Source: Treponemataceae bacterium (GTDB lineage Bacteria > Spirochaetota > Spirochaetia > Treponematales > Rectinemataceae). From it: a DNA stretch of 64,000 nucleotides. Positions 27,963 to 36,852 of this stretch are shown in pieces; the first letter of the stretch is position 1, and each line of letters opens with the position of its first letter. Location: positions 448,001 to 512,000 of the forward strand of contig CAXXVZ010000004.1 of the NCBI GenBank assembly GCA_963678065.2, given 5' to 3'. The translations under genes and the position numbers were made by a program. The notes under the pieces are model-generated. The model was not told where the DNA came from and ran no database searches. It saw nothing but the letters and a program-made list of their open reading frames with translations.

Positions 27963-28310
27963 GTGACCGAGCTCCAAAAAAATCTTTCCGACAACATGAA
28001 ACGCCGCCGCAAATACCTTGGCATCTCCCAGATGGATCTGGCGGCCAGAGCCAATCTCTCTTCGGGCTACATCGGAGAACTGGAGAGCGGCACGAAGTTC
28101 CCTTCCGGAGAAACTCTGGAAGTTCTGGCCGAGGCGCTGGAAGTGAGACCTTTCGTTCTGCTCATGAGCAGCGAAGACCTCTCGCTGGAGGTCAGGGACC
28201 AGGCTGTCCTCGAGGCGACAGACAGGCTCAGATCCATCGTGGACAAGGGATTCGGCGAACTCATGGAAACGATCCGCCCCCGCTCCGGCGACAAGGGCAC
28301 CTACGACTGA
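27963..28310 (+). CDS. XRE-family helix-turn-helix regulator
   Basis: RRKYLGISQMDLAARANLSSGYIGELESGTKFPS; upstream TTGCTT, 16 bp, TACCAT, 6 nt, GTG. Confidence 0.9.
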   Translation: MTELQKNLSDNMKRRRKYLGISQMDLAARANLSSGYIGELESGTKFPSGETLEVLAEALEVRPFVLLMSSEDLSLEVRDQAVLEATDRLRSIVDKGFGELMETIRPRSGDKGTYD

Positions 28311-28412
28311 AGGCCCCGCCCGAACGAATCGGAGGCTGTACCCGGGACAGAACTGCATGCTCTGTTCTTCCGCTAGAAAACCCGCAGTGGAGGGCTTTTT
28401 AGCGGAAATCTT

Positions 28413-29516
28413 TCAGTCCTTCCCCTCGGGGAGCGCCCTCACGAGCCTCTCATTGAACGAAATCGAGACGCGGGCGCCTTCGGGCGCAATTTTTTTGCCC
28501 GCGGGGTCGTCGATCTGGACGAGGATTTCCCCGTACGCGGTCTTTATGAAACTCTCGACGCTGGATCCGAGGTAGACGTTGGCCGACACCGTCCCGTCGG
28601 TGATGCCTGCGCCAGGTTCGCCGAGCCTTAAAGATTCAGGTCTCGCCATGAGGACGGCCTTCCCGCCCGCGAAGAGCCCCGGGGCGCTCTTCGCCGCCCT
28701 GACCGGCTTGCCCTCCACCGTGCAGACGCAGGCTCCGTCCGCCTCCATCCCCTGGATATCGGCGGGGAAAAAAGCGACCTTGCCGACGAATCCTGCGACG
28801 AACATGGAATCAGGCGCCTCGTATATGGTGTTCGGACTGCCGATCTGCCTGATGAGACCGTTTTTCATGACGATGACGCGGTCCGAGAGGCTCATCGCCT
28901 CGACGCGGTCGTGGGTCACGTAGATGGCCGTTATGCCGAGCGATTTCTGGATGCGTCTGATCTCCACGCGCATCTGCTCGCGGAGAAGGGCGTCGAGGTT
29001 GGACAGCGGTTCGTCGAGGAGGAGGACCTGGGGCTCGACGACGAGAGAGCGGGCGAGGGCCACCCGCTGCTGCTGACCGCCCGAAAGCCTTCCGGGAGCG
29101 CGCGCTCCCAGCTCGGAGAGCCCCACGAGGGCGAGGGCGCTCTCGACCCGCCTCTTCATCTCGCCATCGGAGACCTTGCGCACGCGAAGGCCGTAGGCAA
29201 CGTTGTCGAAGACGTTGAGATGGGGGAAGAGTCCGTAAGACTGAAAGACGGTCGCGGTGTCGCGCCCGTTGGGCGGCAGGTAGGTCACGTCGACCCCGCC
29301 GATGAGGATCTTTCCATGAGTCGGCAGTTCGAAACCGCCTATCATGCGGAGAGTCGTCGTCTTGCCGCAGCCCGAGGGGCCGAGCAGCGTCACGAGTTCG
29401 CCGGGCTCGACCTCGAAATCCGAGTCGCGCACGGCGGCCACTTCGTTCTTCGTCTTGGGATCCCTGAATATCTTGGAAACTTTTTCGAGCCTGACAGGCA
29501 CTGATTTTTCGGCCAT
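28413..29516 (-). CDS. ABC ATP-binding protein, FbpC/AfuC/PotA-like with TOBE domain
   Basis: GPSGCGKT, LSGGQQQR, LDEPLSNLD, YVTHD; start MAEKSVP at 29516 with AAAGGA RBS. Confidence 0.93.
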   Translation of the reverse strand: MAEKSVPVRLEKVSKIFRDPKTKNEVAAVRDSDFEVEPGELVTLLGPSGCGKTTTLRMIGGFELPTHGKILIGGVDVTYLPPNGRDTATVFQSYGLFPHLNVFDNVAYGLRVRKVSDGEMKRRVESALALVGLSELGARAPGRLSGGQQQRVALARSLVVEPQVLLLDEPLSNLDALLREQMRVEIRRIQKSLGITAIYVTHDRVEAMSLSDRVIVMKNGLIRQIGSPNTIYEAPDSMFVAGFVGKVAFFPADIQGMEADGACVCTVEGKPVRAAKSAPGLFAGGKAVLMARPESLRLGEPGAGITDGTVSANVYLGSSVESFIKTAYGEILVQIDDPAGKKIAPEGARVSISFNERLVRALPEGKD

Positions 29517-29611
29517 GGTTATCATCCTTTTCCGGTCACATTCCGGGCGTTCCGGATTGTCCGGACGGCCGGAACCTGACGAGGCCCGCATTCCGTCCGG
29601 ATATCGGCATC

Positions 29612-31816
29612 TCACTGCGCCGTGACAGTCTTTTCGAGGTTCTCGCTCTGTCTCACGAGGAGGCGCATGAGCCCGAACACCGCCAGCACGATGATGATGA
29701 GAGTGGTCGCGAGGACCGAGGCGAGTCCGAAGCGGATGTTCTCCGAGAAGTTGTAGATCTGGATCGTGATGTGGTACCAGCGCGCGCTGATGAGGAAGAT
29801 GATCGCGCTGACAGCCGTCATCGAGCGGACGAAGGTGTAGGACATGCTCGAAATGAAGGCCGGCCGTATGAGAGGCAGAATGACGGTCCGGAAGATCGTC
29901 GTCTGGTCGGCGCCTAAGTCCGCGGCCGCCTCCTCTATGGAAGGATCGATCTGCCTGAGCGCCGCCACGCCGCCCTCTATCCCGACGGGAAGCTCGCGGA
30001 TGACGTAGTTGATGACGAGGATGGCTCCCGTGCCGACGAGGAGCAGCGGAGGCTTGTTGAAGGCGAGAATGTAGGCGATACCGATGAGGGTTCCCGGTAT
30101 GGCGAAGGGCGTCATCATGAGGGCCTCGAGGAAGCGCTTGCCCGGGAAACTCTTGCGCACGAGGAGGACTGCCGCGATCATGGCGAGGAGCCCCGCGATA
30201 GGCGTCGCGATGCCGGCCAGGGTCATGGTCGAGAAGAGAGCCGCCTTGCCGCGCTCGAGGGCCTCGCCGATGTTCGCGAGGGTGAAGGTGTAATCCACGC
30301 CCCAGTTTTTCACGAAGCAGCCGGCCACGATGGTTCCGTAGAGGGCGACGATGAGGGCGCTCGTCACGATGACGAAGGCGGCCAGGCCGCGGCGGACGGG
30401 CTTCGAGGCCAGGTCCGAGAGCCTCGTGGAGGGCTTGCCCGTGACGACGACGAAGGACTTCCGCGAAACCCACCAGCGCTGGGCGAAGAAGGCCGTCAGG
30501 GTTGGAAGCAGAAGCAGGATGGAGAGGGCCGCGCCGTTGCCGATTCGGTTCATGCCGGTCACCTCGATGTAGGATTCCACCGAGAGGACCCGGAACGAAC
30601 CCGACAGGAGGAGAGGATTGGCGAAGTCGGCGAGGGAGTTGGTGAAGACGAGGAGCCAGGCCGAGAGGATGCCCGGAGCCGCGAGGGGAAGAGTCACGTG
30701 AGTGAAGGTGTGCCATCTGCCAGCGTTCAAGTCCAGCGAGGCGTCCTCGAAGGTGGAATCGATGGCCTGGAGCACTCCGGCGAGCGTGAGGAAGGCGATC
30801 GGGAACATCGAGATGGTCTGGACCGCCGTGAGCCCGCCGAGTCCGTAGATCGAGAAATGCTCGAGGTGGAGGAATCGCTTCGTTATGAGACCGTTGTTGC
30901 CGAAAAGGAGGATGATCGACAGGGTTAGGGAGAATGGCGGCGAGATGACAGGCATGGTGGCGAGGGCCGTGATGAGCTTTTTCCCTTTTATCGATGTCCT
31001 CGCGACAGCGAAGGCGAAGAGGAATCCTATGAAGGTGGAGACTGTCGCCGTCATGGCTCCGAGTTCGACCGATCCCCAGAGAGCCTGCAGGTATTGCTTC
31101 GTCCCGAGGATTGTCTTCCAGATCGCGAAGGAGAAACGTCCGTCCTTCAGGAAGGTGAGCCTCAAGGCCTCCACGAGGGGGTAGGCGACGAAGGTCAGGA
31201 CAATCCCGAAGAGCACGAGGACAGCGTAACCCGTCACCGGATCGCGCGAGAAGGTCGCGATGCCGAAGCCGAGCGCGAAGACGGCGAAGGCGATGAGCAT
31301 GAGAGCGTCCGCGAGCCGGAGGAAGGATGTCGAGCGGGCGCCGTCGATCGCGACGATGACGACCCCGGCCGCGCCGTCCTGGGCCTCGGTCGGCACAGGG
31401 GCGAAGACGAGTTTCACGTCCGCCTTCCCGAGCCGGTATGATCCAGGCGCTATGAAGGTCTCGAGATATGAGGCCGCCTCGATCCCCTTCGCAAAATCGG
31501 GGGAATCCTTCCGGGCGGCGTAGAGCGCCGCAAGCTCGGGGTTGCCCGCGTACTCGGCGGCTCCTTCCTCGCCCGGGAGCCCCTTCAGATAATGGAAGGA
31601 TATGCCCGGATAGCTCGACGCGGCCTTGCCGAGCCAAGCAAAGATGGCCCCGGGATCGGAAGGGACCGAACGGGCCACCGCTGTCGCGAGCCCCCGCTGG
31701 TCCTCCGATACCGTCTTCACGAATCCTGCCTTGAGCGTCGAGACCATCCAGAAATCGAAGCAGAGAAAAATGATGCATGCGGCCGCGAAGGCGATGATCT
31801 TCTTTTTTGTGAACAC
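29612..31816 (-). CDS. FbpB/AfuB-type double ABC permease with extra N-terminal TM-periplasmic-TM module
   Basis: Two EAA loops (FEDASLDLNA, IEEAAADLGA); about 190 extra N-terminal residues. Confidence 0.9.
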   Translation of the reverse strand: MFTKKKIIAFAAACIIFLCFDFWMVSTLKAGFVKTVSEDQRGLATAVARSVPSDPGAIFAWLGKAASSYPGISFHYLKGLPGEEGAAEYAGNPELAALYAARKDSPDFAKGIEAASYLETFIAPGSYRLGKADVKLVFAPVPTEAQDGAAGVVIVAIDGARSTSFLRLADALMLIAFAVFALGFGIATFSRDPVTGYAVLVLFGIVLTFVAYPLVEALRLTFLKDGRFSFAIWKTILGTKQYLQALWGSVELGAMTATVSTFIGFLFAFAVARTSIKGKKLITALATMPVISPPFSLTLSIILLFGNNGLITKRFLHLEHFSIYGLGGLTAVQTISMFPIAFLTLAGVLQAIDSTFEDASLDLNAGRWHTFTHVTLPLAAPGILSAWLLVFTNSLADFANPLLLSGSFRVLSVESYIEVTGMNRIGNGAALSILLLLPTLTAFFAQRWWVSRKSFVVVTGKPSTRLSDLASKPVRRGLAAFVIVTSALIVALYGTIVAGCFVKNWGVDYTFTLANIGEALERGKAALFSTMTLAGIATPIAGLLAMIAAVLLVRKSFPGKRFLEALMMTPFAIPGTLIGIAYILAFNKPPLLLVGTGAILVINYVIRELPVGIEGGVAALRQIDPSIEEAAADLGADQTTIFRTVILPLIRPAFISSMSYTFVRSMTAVSAIIFLISARWYHITIQIYNFSENIRFGLASVLATTLIIIVLAVFGLMRLLVRQSENLEKTVTAQ

Positions 31817-31950
31817 GGGTGCGGTCTCCTGGTTTCGGGTAGGTTCGCGTCATCGCGGACTACGGCGTTCGAACGCCGCGATGGCTGTCCTCGTGCCGGC
31901 CGGGAAGGCCCGCTGCAAAGCGCCCCGCCTCGTCCGGTCTGGATAAAACC

Positions 31951-31989
31951 GCAGTGGGCCGGTCGATCTTGAATCGACCGGCCCACTGC
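31951..31989 (-). terminator. Intercistronic 17-bp perfect stem-loop after the binding-protein gene
   Basis: GCAGTGGGCCGGTCGAT-CTTGA-ATCGACCGGCCCACTGC, followed by GGTTTT on the minus strand. Confidence 0.7.
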
Positions 31990-32035
31990 CCTGATCCCGA
32001 ATGGGTTCAATCGGAGAAGGAACTGTACCCTAGAA

Positions 32036-33031
32036 TCAGCGCTTGGAACCGATTTCCTTCGTCCAGCGCTCGAGGAGACGGACCTTGTTGGCCGCGTCCC
32101 AGTCGAGATTCTGTTTCACGGTCTTCACCTCTTCCATGCTGAAGGCGACGGGATTCTTGGTCGCGATCTTGGAGAGGGGGACGACATACCACTTGGCTAT
32201 GATGCTCTGTGCCTTGGCGCCAAGGACCCAGTCGTAGAGCTTCTTGCCGTTGACGGCGTCGGGGCCGTTCTTGACCATGGACATCGAGGCGATCTCGAAT
32301 CCGGTGCCCTCGGTCGGGACCGTGATGGTCACGTCGGCGCCTTCGACTCTGAGTTTGACCTGGTCGTGGGCGTAGCCGACAGCGACGGGAATCTCGCCGA
32401 TGGCGACGCTCTTTCCGGGCGCGGCGCCCGACTTGGTGTACTGGTCGATGTTGGCGTCGAGCTTGCGCATGTAGTCGAAAGTCTTCTCCTCGTCGCCGCC
32501 GAAGACGTAGCGGATGGTGGTCACCATGTTGTACGCGGTCCCCGAAGTGGTCGGGTTGGGCATGCGGATCTTGCCCTTGTACTCCGGCTTGAGGAGGTCG
32601 GCCCAGGATTTCGGGGGAACGATACCCTGCTCCTTGGCGATTTTATTGTTGGTGATGAAGGCGAGCGGGCCCATGTAGAGTCCGATCCAGTAGTTCTCGG
32701 GATCGCGGTACTGGAGGGGGGTATTCTCCGCCATCTTGGACTTGTAGGGGGCGGTCAGTCCCTTGAGCTTCGCGCTCATGTGGTTGAGGCCTACGCCGCC
32801 GACCCAGATCGAGGCCTGGGGATTGGCTTTCTCGGCTTCGAGCCGGGTTTCGGCTTCCCCGCCGGCGAGGCGCTGCCAGTTGACCTGTATCCCTGTATCC
32901 TTGGTGAACGTGTCGAAGAGTTCCTTGGCGAGGGGTTCCTCAAGCGTGGTGTAGGCGCCGACTTTCTGCTGGGCGCCAGCGAAACCGGCGAGAACGACGA
33001 GCGCCGCGAAGAGCGCGAGCATCTTTTTCAT
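32036..33031 (-). CDS. ABC substrate-binding protein, AfuA/FbpA family (possibly sugar-phosphate)
   Basis: Signal peptide; RLEAEKANPQAS, MPNPTTSGTAY, QYTKSG, AHD, EGTGFEI resemble AfuA. Confidence 0.8.
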   Translation of the reverse strand: MKKMLALFAALVVLAGFAGAQQKVGAYTTLEEPLAKELFDTFTKDTGIQVNWQRLAGGEAETRLEAEKANPQASIWVGGVGLNHMSAKLKGLTAPYKSKMAENTPLQYRDPENYWIGLYMGPLAFITNNKIAKEQGIVPPKSWADLLKPEYKGKIRMPNPTTSGTAYNMVTTIRYVFGGDEEKTFDYMRKLDANIDQYTKSGAAPGKSVAIGEIPVAVGYAHDQVKLRVEGADVTITVPTEGTGFEIASMSMVKNGPDAVNGKKLYDWVLGAKAQSIIAKWYVVPLSKIATKNPVAFSMEEVKTVKQNLDWDAANKVRLLERWTKEIGSKR

Positions 33032-33069
33032 ACCTTTTCCTCCATGTGTCTGATACGATCCGGCAATTA

Positions 33070-33102
33070 CTAACCAAATCCTGACATAATTCTAACAATC
33101 CC
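33070..33102 (-). promoter_or_regulatory. Three 11-bp-periodic repeats, Pho-box/OmpR-like
   Basis: Minus strand GTTAG-N6-GTCAG-N6-GTTAG in the AT-rich region upstream of the afuA-like gene. Confidence 0.5.
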
Positions 33103-33148
33103 ATTCTACGCGCCTTCCGCGAGTTGGGCAAGGATAATTTTGCAGGAC

Positions 33149-34516
33149 TTATCGCAGGTAACCGAGCCACGCCCGCTGTCGGTCCAGCATGACATCGACG
33201 AGCTCGACCACCTGGCGGCAGTTCCCGACGATCGGGTTGACGAGCAGAGCCTGGACGACAAGCTCGCGCTTTCCTTCCAGGATAGCGTCGGCGGTGAGGT
33301 CGTAGACGCCGCAGTAGTTGCGCAAAAGGGCCGCAAAACCCTTCGGGTAGCCGGGGAAGGCTACGCCTTCGAAACCGGAGCGGCCGACTGTGGCCGGAAC
33401 TTCGACGGCAATATTGGAGGGGAGGGAGGGGATCAGCCCCGCGTTCAGTATATTGACCGCGCCCTCCTCGAAGCCTGAATCCTCAAGGATGCCTTCCATT
33501 ATCGGCACGACGCGTTCCCTGACACCCGCTTCTATCTTCGGCCGGACAGAGGCCAGGCTCATCCGGTAAAAATCGTAGAAATCGAGGATTCCCCTGTGGT
33601 CGGCCACATCGTAGGCCCAGGGGATATACTCGCCGATGTGGCTGTCCGAGGTGATGGGCAGAAGCCTGAAGTGTTCGAGAATTTCCTTAAAAAGCCTGCG
33701 GTCGCTCCATTCACGGGCACTTTCGGTCTTCCCGATGAGAGGCCTGTAGGTGGCTCCCTCAGTCTCCGGGATGAGCCCCGTGCGCTGGCTGTACTCCCAG
33801 ACATCGGAGTAGCCGAGTTCACGTTCAAAAAAAGCCGGAGCCCTTTCGAGGATGTCGGGATAGGCGTCCAGGCCCGCCCTTTCGCCTGCGGCATAGGAGG
33901 CCTCGACGAGCACGCTGAAGTGGTTGAGCCCGGCAGCCCTCAGCTTCAGTTCGGCGAAGGGGGTGTCGAGGATCTGCGGCAGATACCGCTCCAGCGAGGC
34001 TAGCTCGTGACAGAGTCCGACAAAGCGCAGGCCGGGGAAGCGGCGGAGGACTGTCGTCGTGATCGCCGTCATGGGGTTGGAATAACAGAATACGAAGGCT
34101 TCGGGGCAGAGCTTCTCGATATCTGCGCATATTTCGAGAATGGGAGGCGTTATCCGCAATGCGTGAAAAAGCCCGCCGGGGCCACCGTTCTCGCCATAGA
34201 CCTGCCTGATGCCGTACTGCAGGGGAATCTTCCAGTCCTGGTCCCATAGTTCGAAGCGATTTCCGACTTCGATGGAGATGATGACGAAATCCGCCCCCGC
34301 GAGAGCCGCTTTCCGGTCGGTGTGGGCCGATATTCTGCATCGAAGGTTGCCCGCGGCCGCATATTCGAGGGCGGCGCCCTGCACCCGGCCCAGGGATTCG
34401 CCGTTTATGTCGACGAGGGCAATCTCGCTGTCGCTAAGGACAGCGCTGGAAAAGATGTCGCCGAGGGTCCCGAGCCCGAACTGTGCGCTTCCCGCGCCGA
34501 TAAGGACTATCTTCAT
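33149..34516 (-). CDS. Glycoside hydrolase family 4 (NAD/Mn-dependent alpha-galactosidase/glucosidase)
   Basis: IGAGSAQF, GENGGPGG, YSNPM, GLCH, AGLNHF, HIGEY. Confidence 0.93.
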   Translation of the reverse strand: MKIVLIGAGSAQFGLGTLGDIFSSAVLSDSEIALVDINGESLGRVQGAALEYAAAGNLRCRISAHTDRKAALAGADFVIISIEVGNRFELWDQDWKIPLQYGIRQVYGENGGPGGLFHALRITPPILEICADIEKLCPEAFVFCYSNPMTAITTTVLRRFPGLRFVGLCHELASLERYLPQILDTPFAELKLRAAGLNHFSVLVEASYAAGERAGLDAYPDILERAPAFFERELGYSDVWEYSQRTGLIPETEGATYRPLIGKTESAREWSDRRLFKEILEHFRLLPITSDSHIGEYIPWAYDVADHRGILDFYDFYRMSLASVRPKIEAGVRERVVPIMEGILEDSGFEEGAVNILNAGLIPSLPSNIAVEVPATVGRSGFEGVAFPGYPKGFAALLRNYCGVYDLTADAILEGKRELVVQALLVNPIVGNCRQVVELVDVMLDRQRAWLGYLR

Positions 34517-34543
34517 GACGCACTCCTTTCGGTTAGATGCGCC

Positions 34544-34581
34544 ATTATACCCAGAAAGGCGGGCTATGAAACCGGTTTACA
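34544..34581 (-). promoter_or_regulatory. GH4 promoter with LacI-type operator
   Basis: Minus-strand TATAAT (34544-34549); palindrome core AAACCGGTTT (34569-34578) overlapping the -35 region. Confidence 0.6.
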
Positions 34582-34701
34582 TCCAGGATGACGAGCCTTT
34601 TTCGCAAAAAATCACGCATCCTTTTGCGAAATCTACCGTGGGCGTCCTTCCCGGCGGAAGGACAAAGAACATCGCGGAGGGAGTCCTTCCGCGCGATGCC
34701 G

Positions 34702-35562
34702 TTAACCCTTGACCGCGCCCGTGGAGACGCCCTTCGTGATCTGCTTGCGGAAGATCGCGTAGAACAGCAGCATGGGCAGCATGCCGATGGTGAGGGCGGC
34801 GAACTGCTTGCCGTAATCGCTCGAGAGCGAGCCTGAAAACCTGAACATTCCGAGCGGCAAGGATTTCAGCTCGGTCTTCGAGACCAGAATGTTGATGAGG
34901 GCGAACTCGTTCCAGACCTTGCTGATGTTGAGAATGGCGAGGGTTGTCGCCACCGGCACGGTCATCGGCAGGATGATGGCGCGGAAGATCCGGAAATAGC
35001 CCGCCCCGTCGATCCTGGCCGACTCCACGAGGGCCGTGGGGATCGCCTTGATGAATTCGGTGGAAAGATACACCCCGATAGGCAGTCCTGCGCCGATGTA
35101 GACGAGGAGGACGGCGAAGCGCGTGTTGTATATCCCGAGAATGGAGACTTCCATGAAAAGCGGGATCATGAGGGATTCGACCGTCAGGAGAATCCCGATG
35201 ACGAAGCTGCCGTAGATCGGTTTTGTCGCCTTCGACTTGATCTTGGAGAAGGCGAATCCGGCCATGACGGACAATAGGATGATGCCGATCGTCGTCCCGG
35301 CGGTGTAGATGAGGGAATTCGGAAAAAGTTTCGAGAACTCTCCGAGCTTCCAGGCGCCCGCGAAATTATCCAGGGTCGGCACCTTCGGGAATCCGAGCCT
35401 GTTCATCTGGAATTCCCTCGTGGGCTTCAGCGAATTGATCATGAGCCAGAGGATCGGGTAGATAGTCATGACCGAGAAGACTCCCATGACGAGGTAGGCG
35501 AGGGCCTTGGCGAGAATGCCCGCTATCCTGGCCGCGGCCGTAGTTTTCAGTTCTTCCGACAT
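34702..35562 (-). CDS. Carbohydrate ABC permease (MalG-like)
   Basis: Start MSEELK at 35562; LVESARIDGA, WNEF; ends KGVSTGAVKG. Confidence 0.92.
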   Translation of the reverse strand: MSEELKTTAAARIAGILAKALAYLVMGVFSVMTIYPILWLMINSLKPTREFQMNRLGFPKVPTLDNFAGAWKLGEFSKLFPNSLIYTAGTTIGIILLSVMAGFAFSKIKSKATKPIYGSFVIGILLTVESLMIPLFMEVSILGIYNTRFAVLLVYIGAGLPIGVYLSTEFIKAIPTALVESARIDGAGYFRIFRAIILPMTVPVATTLAILNISKVWNEFALINILVSKTELKSLPLGMFRFSGSLSSDYGKQFAALTIGMLPMLLFYAIFRKQITKGVSTGAVKG

Positions 35563-35567
35563 GGCGC

Positions 35568-36692
35568 TCACTCTCCCTTTCCGCCGAAACGTTTTTCGAT
35601 CCCCTTGGTCAGCGCGATGAGGCTGAAGCTGATGGCCACGGCTATGAGGGCGATGGCGTTGGCGAGGGGAAAGTCGGGCTTGCCGAGGAAGGCGTTGTTG
35701 TACATGTAGATCGAGAGGACTTCGGTGACCCGCGAAGGTCCTCCGCCCGTCATCGCGAAGATGAGGGCGAAGCTCGAGAGCGAGCCGGCTATCGCGAGTA
35801 TCGACGAATTGACGATGGTGCCCGAAAGGGCGGGCAGGATGATGTAGCGCATGACCTGACCCTCGTGCGCCCCGTCGATCCGGGCCGATTCGATGATCTG
35901 GGTGTCGATCTTCTGCATGTTCGCGAGGAACATGATGAGGTACATGCCCGTGTACATCCACAGGATGACGAAGAGGACGGGAATCATGGCCACGCCCCGC
36001 TTCGTGAGGAATTCGGGGCTCCAGGCGGGCGCGAAGAGATTGGTGAGATCGTTCATGACCTGCCCCAGCTGGTCCGGCTTGTAGCTCAGTATGAGTTCCT
36101 TGAGTTCCGGAACCGGGTTCGTGAACATGCCCGCGCCCTTCGCTCCGCCCAGGTCCAGGATTTTCCGCACAAGGTCGTCGGTGACATTGAAGCCGCCCGC
36201 ACCGTTGAAGACGAGCGTCAGCTTCTGATGGAATCCCGAGCGGAGCACTGCGTTGATCGCCTCCGCGAGGGGGCCGTTCGGCGAAAAGATAGTCTGCCAG
36301 AGAATTCCCACCACGATTACCGAGATGATGTTGGGGACATAGAGGATACCCTGCCAGAAGTCGGGTCCCTTCACGATCTTGCGGAAAATGAGGTAGGCGA
36401 AAATGAATCCGAGAGGCAGCTGGCCGAAGACCGAGATGAGGACGATGTAAACGTTGTTCTTTAGCGCGTTCCAGAAGGCGGAGTCTGCGAGAATGCGGGC
36501 GTAGTGTCCAAGACCGACTATGTGCCAGGGTTTTCCGCCGAACATCCTGCCGCCGTTGTAGTCGCTTACTGACAGGATGATCGACAGAACTATCGGGAAG
36601 GCCATCACCAGGAGGTAAATGCTGAAGGATGGCAATACCATGGCCCAATACGCCCTGCGTTCCTCGCTTCCCTTCCGCTTCGAACCTTCCAT
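35568..36692 (-). CDS. Carbohydrate ABC permease (MalF-like) with enlarged periplasmic loop
   Basis: Start MEGSKRK at 36692 with GGAGG; IIESARIDGA, MTGGGP. Confidence 0.92.
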   Translation of the reverse strand: MEGSKRKGSEERRAYWAMVLPSFSIYLLVMAFPIVLSIILSVSDYNGGRMFGGKPWHIVGLGHYARILADSAFWNALKNNVYIVLISVFGQLPLGFIFAYLIFRKIVKGPDFWQGILYVPNIISVIVVGILWQTIFSPNGPLAEAINAVLRSGFHQKLTLVFNGAGGFNVTDDLVRKILDLGGAKGAGMFTNPVPELKELILSYKPDQLGQVMNDLTNLFAPAWSPEFLTKRGVAMIPVLFVILWMYTGMYLIMFLANMQKIDTQIIESARIDGAHEGQVMRYIILPALSGTIVNSSILAIAGSLSSFALIFAMTGGGPSRVTEVLSIYMYNNAFLGKPDFPLANAIALIAVAISFSLIALTKGIEKRFGGKGE

Positions 36693-36794
36693 ACAATTCC
36701 TCCGGCTGACTTTGCTGCACGACATCGGCACCAGCCTGACAGGACAGCGCAGGCAGTTCGGAATGCAGCAGTCCCCATGTCTTTATTCTAAGGA

Positions 36795-36820
36795 GAAGCC
36801 CGGGACAGTGCCCGGGCTTC
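36795..36820 (-). terminator. Intercistronic hairpin after the sugar-binding-protein gene
   Basis: GAAGCCCGGG-ACAGTG-CCCGGGCTTC. Confidence 0.6.
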
Positions 36821-36852
36821 CGTGAAAATCACACTCGTTTTACCGGAAAATT

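Noticed and set aside
27963..28310. Prophage or mobile-element repressor
   Set aside because: No integrase, transposase, phage genes or att-like repeats nearby
29517..31853. Apparent 1146-aa ATPase fusion (28413..31853)
   Set aside because: Upstream part is an Arg/Pro-rich alternative frame over the permease; the real ATPase starts at about 29516 with its own RBS
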